Shown piece after piece: positions 62,784 to 64,000 of a DNA stretch of 64,000 nt. The position numbers and the translations under genes were made by a program. The DNA comes from Octopus sinensis (taxonomy: Eukaryota), in NCBI RefSeq assembly GCF_006345805.1, contig NC_042997.1, positions 188,170,001 through 188,234,000 of the forward strand, read 5' to 3'. Under the pieces are notes generated by a model. It made no database searches. It had not been told where the DNA came from and saw only the letters and a program-made list of their open reading frames with translations. Numbering within the stretch: the stretch's first letter is position 1; each line of letters starts with the position of its first letter.

Positions 62784-63339
62784 TTCTGTCTACTAAATCC
62801 ACCCTCAGGCTTTGGTTGGCCCAGGGCTATAGTTGAAACACTTACCTAAGGCAGCACACGGTGGGAATGACCCAGGAGACGTGGTGAGGAAGCAAGCTTC
62901 TAACCACACAGCCACTCTTGCAAGAAAATCAACATCATTTATAATTTTGGCTGTGCAGGAGAGATCTAAGCTGAACTCTGCAGGTATTCTATCTATGCAC
63001 TTCAGGACATTTTATTGCGAACTTAATATGATTTAAAGATCATTTCAGGTTGTTAAATTAATTTTAATCAAAAACTACTGCAAAATGTCAGTTTTTAAAA
63101 CATTAGCATATTTAACATATTTTCAAAATGGAAAAGAAATAACAAATCTTAATGCTTCCTTCACTTTAAAAGGAATTTCTTTTCCCATTTAAGCCATCTG
63201 AGATATTTTTCTGTTATTCTTTTCTCTTTATTTTCTGTTTCTTTTTCTTTTCCTCTGCTTTTTGTATTTACTTTTTATGTTCTATCTATATAAAGTTCTT
63301 TAGCATCTAAGTTAATTTTCCCTAAATGTCAAAGAATAT

Positions 63340-63340
63340 T

Positions 63341-63374
<34 letters not shown>

Positions 63375-63376
63375 GT
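63340..63376. repeat. (TAC)n microsatellite
   Basis: Direct reading. Confidence 0.95.
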
Positions 63377-63843
63377 TGCTGCTGATGCTGCCACTGACAA
63401 CTGACCTGTTCAGATGTGTTTTTCATATCACTCTCCAAGGCTTTAGATTTTATAAAGTCTATTCAAATAAATGATTTAAAAAATTTAATTTTGTACAGAA
63501 AGTCTCAGAACATCTTGGAAGTCTATCAGTGCAGGGTTAAGTTATAAGAAATCCACTTTTAGACACATTTCATTTTCTCCTTATTTGGTCTACACACATA
63601 CACAATTTGTCATTGGAGAACATTTACAAAACAAACAAGTTGAAGGTGGATGTAATTCCACTGAATTTAAACATGTGCACAAATAAAAAACTAAGAACAT
63701 ATTTTTAAGCAAAATACATAACTCAAAAAAGAAACTAGTGACAACAACAGTTACATACAATTTTGTCCAAACGAAAATAATTCTGTATTTTTGACATTAG
63801 CAATTTAAGCACCCCAGTCCTTTGCAAGTATGGTATACAACAA

Positions 63844-64000
63844 AAGGCGGTGAGTTGGCAGAAGCGTTTGCACACCGGGCGAAACGCTTAGTGTTATTTC
63901 GTCTGTCGTTACATTGTGAGTTCAAATTCCGCCAAGGTCGACTTTGCCTTTCATCCTTTCGGGGTCGATAAATTAAGTACCAGTTATGCACTGGGTCGAT
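63844..64000 (+). mobile_element. SINE family C, runs off window end
   Basis: AAGGCGGTGAGTTGGCAGAAGCG..GTCGACTTTGCCTTTCATCCTTTCGGGGTCGAT. Confidence 0.92.

Overview
Eukaryotic, AT-rich, microsatellite- and retroposon-dense DNA. The SINE families and RTE tails resemble those I know from octopus/coleoid cephalopod genomes (inference, no search run). No host protein-coding gene could be established. The sequence reads mostly like intronic or intergenic DNA filled with transposable elements. Contents: (1) one young, 5'-truncated RTE-clade LINE (~40373-43001) with a 621-codon RT ORF carrying a C4HC3 PHD-type zinc finger inside the RT domain, plus decayed relatives and many short copies of its (GAT)n-ending 3' tail; (2) four tRNA-like SINE families in dozens of copies, including tandem arrays and closely spaced inverted pairs; (3) remnants of BovB-like RTE, CR1/L2-like, Tx1/L1-like, Penelope-like, Gypsy and Tc1/mariner elements; (4) TTAA-flanked piggyBac-like MITEs and hAT-like MITEs; (5) several long hairpins. 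The most notable signal is a near-intact minimal type-I hammerhead ribozyme of the Penelope-associated, dimer-cleaving kind at 44213-44268. It lies inside a ~200-bp-arm inverted repeat, and two more degenerate hammerhead cores occur elsewhere. CpG-retaining unique stretches at ~1-1900 and ~48200-48900 suggest promoters of genes whose exons I could not assign. Most ORFs in the supplied track are repeat- or microsatellite-derived and are not genes.
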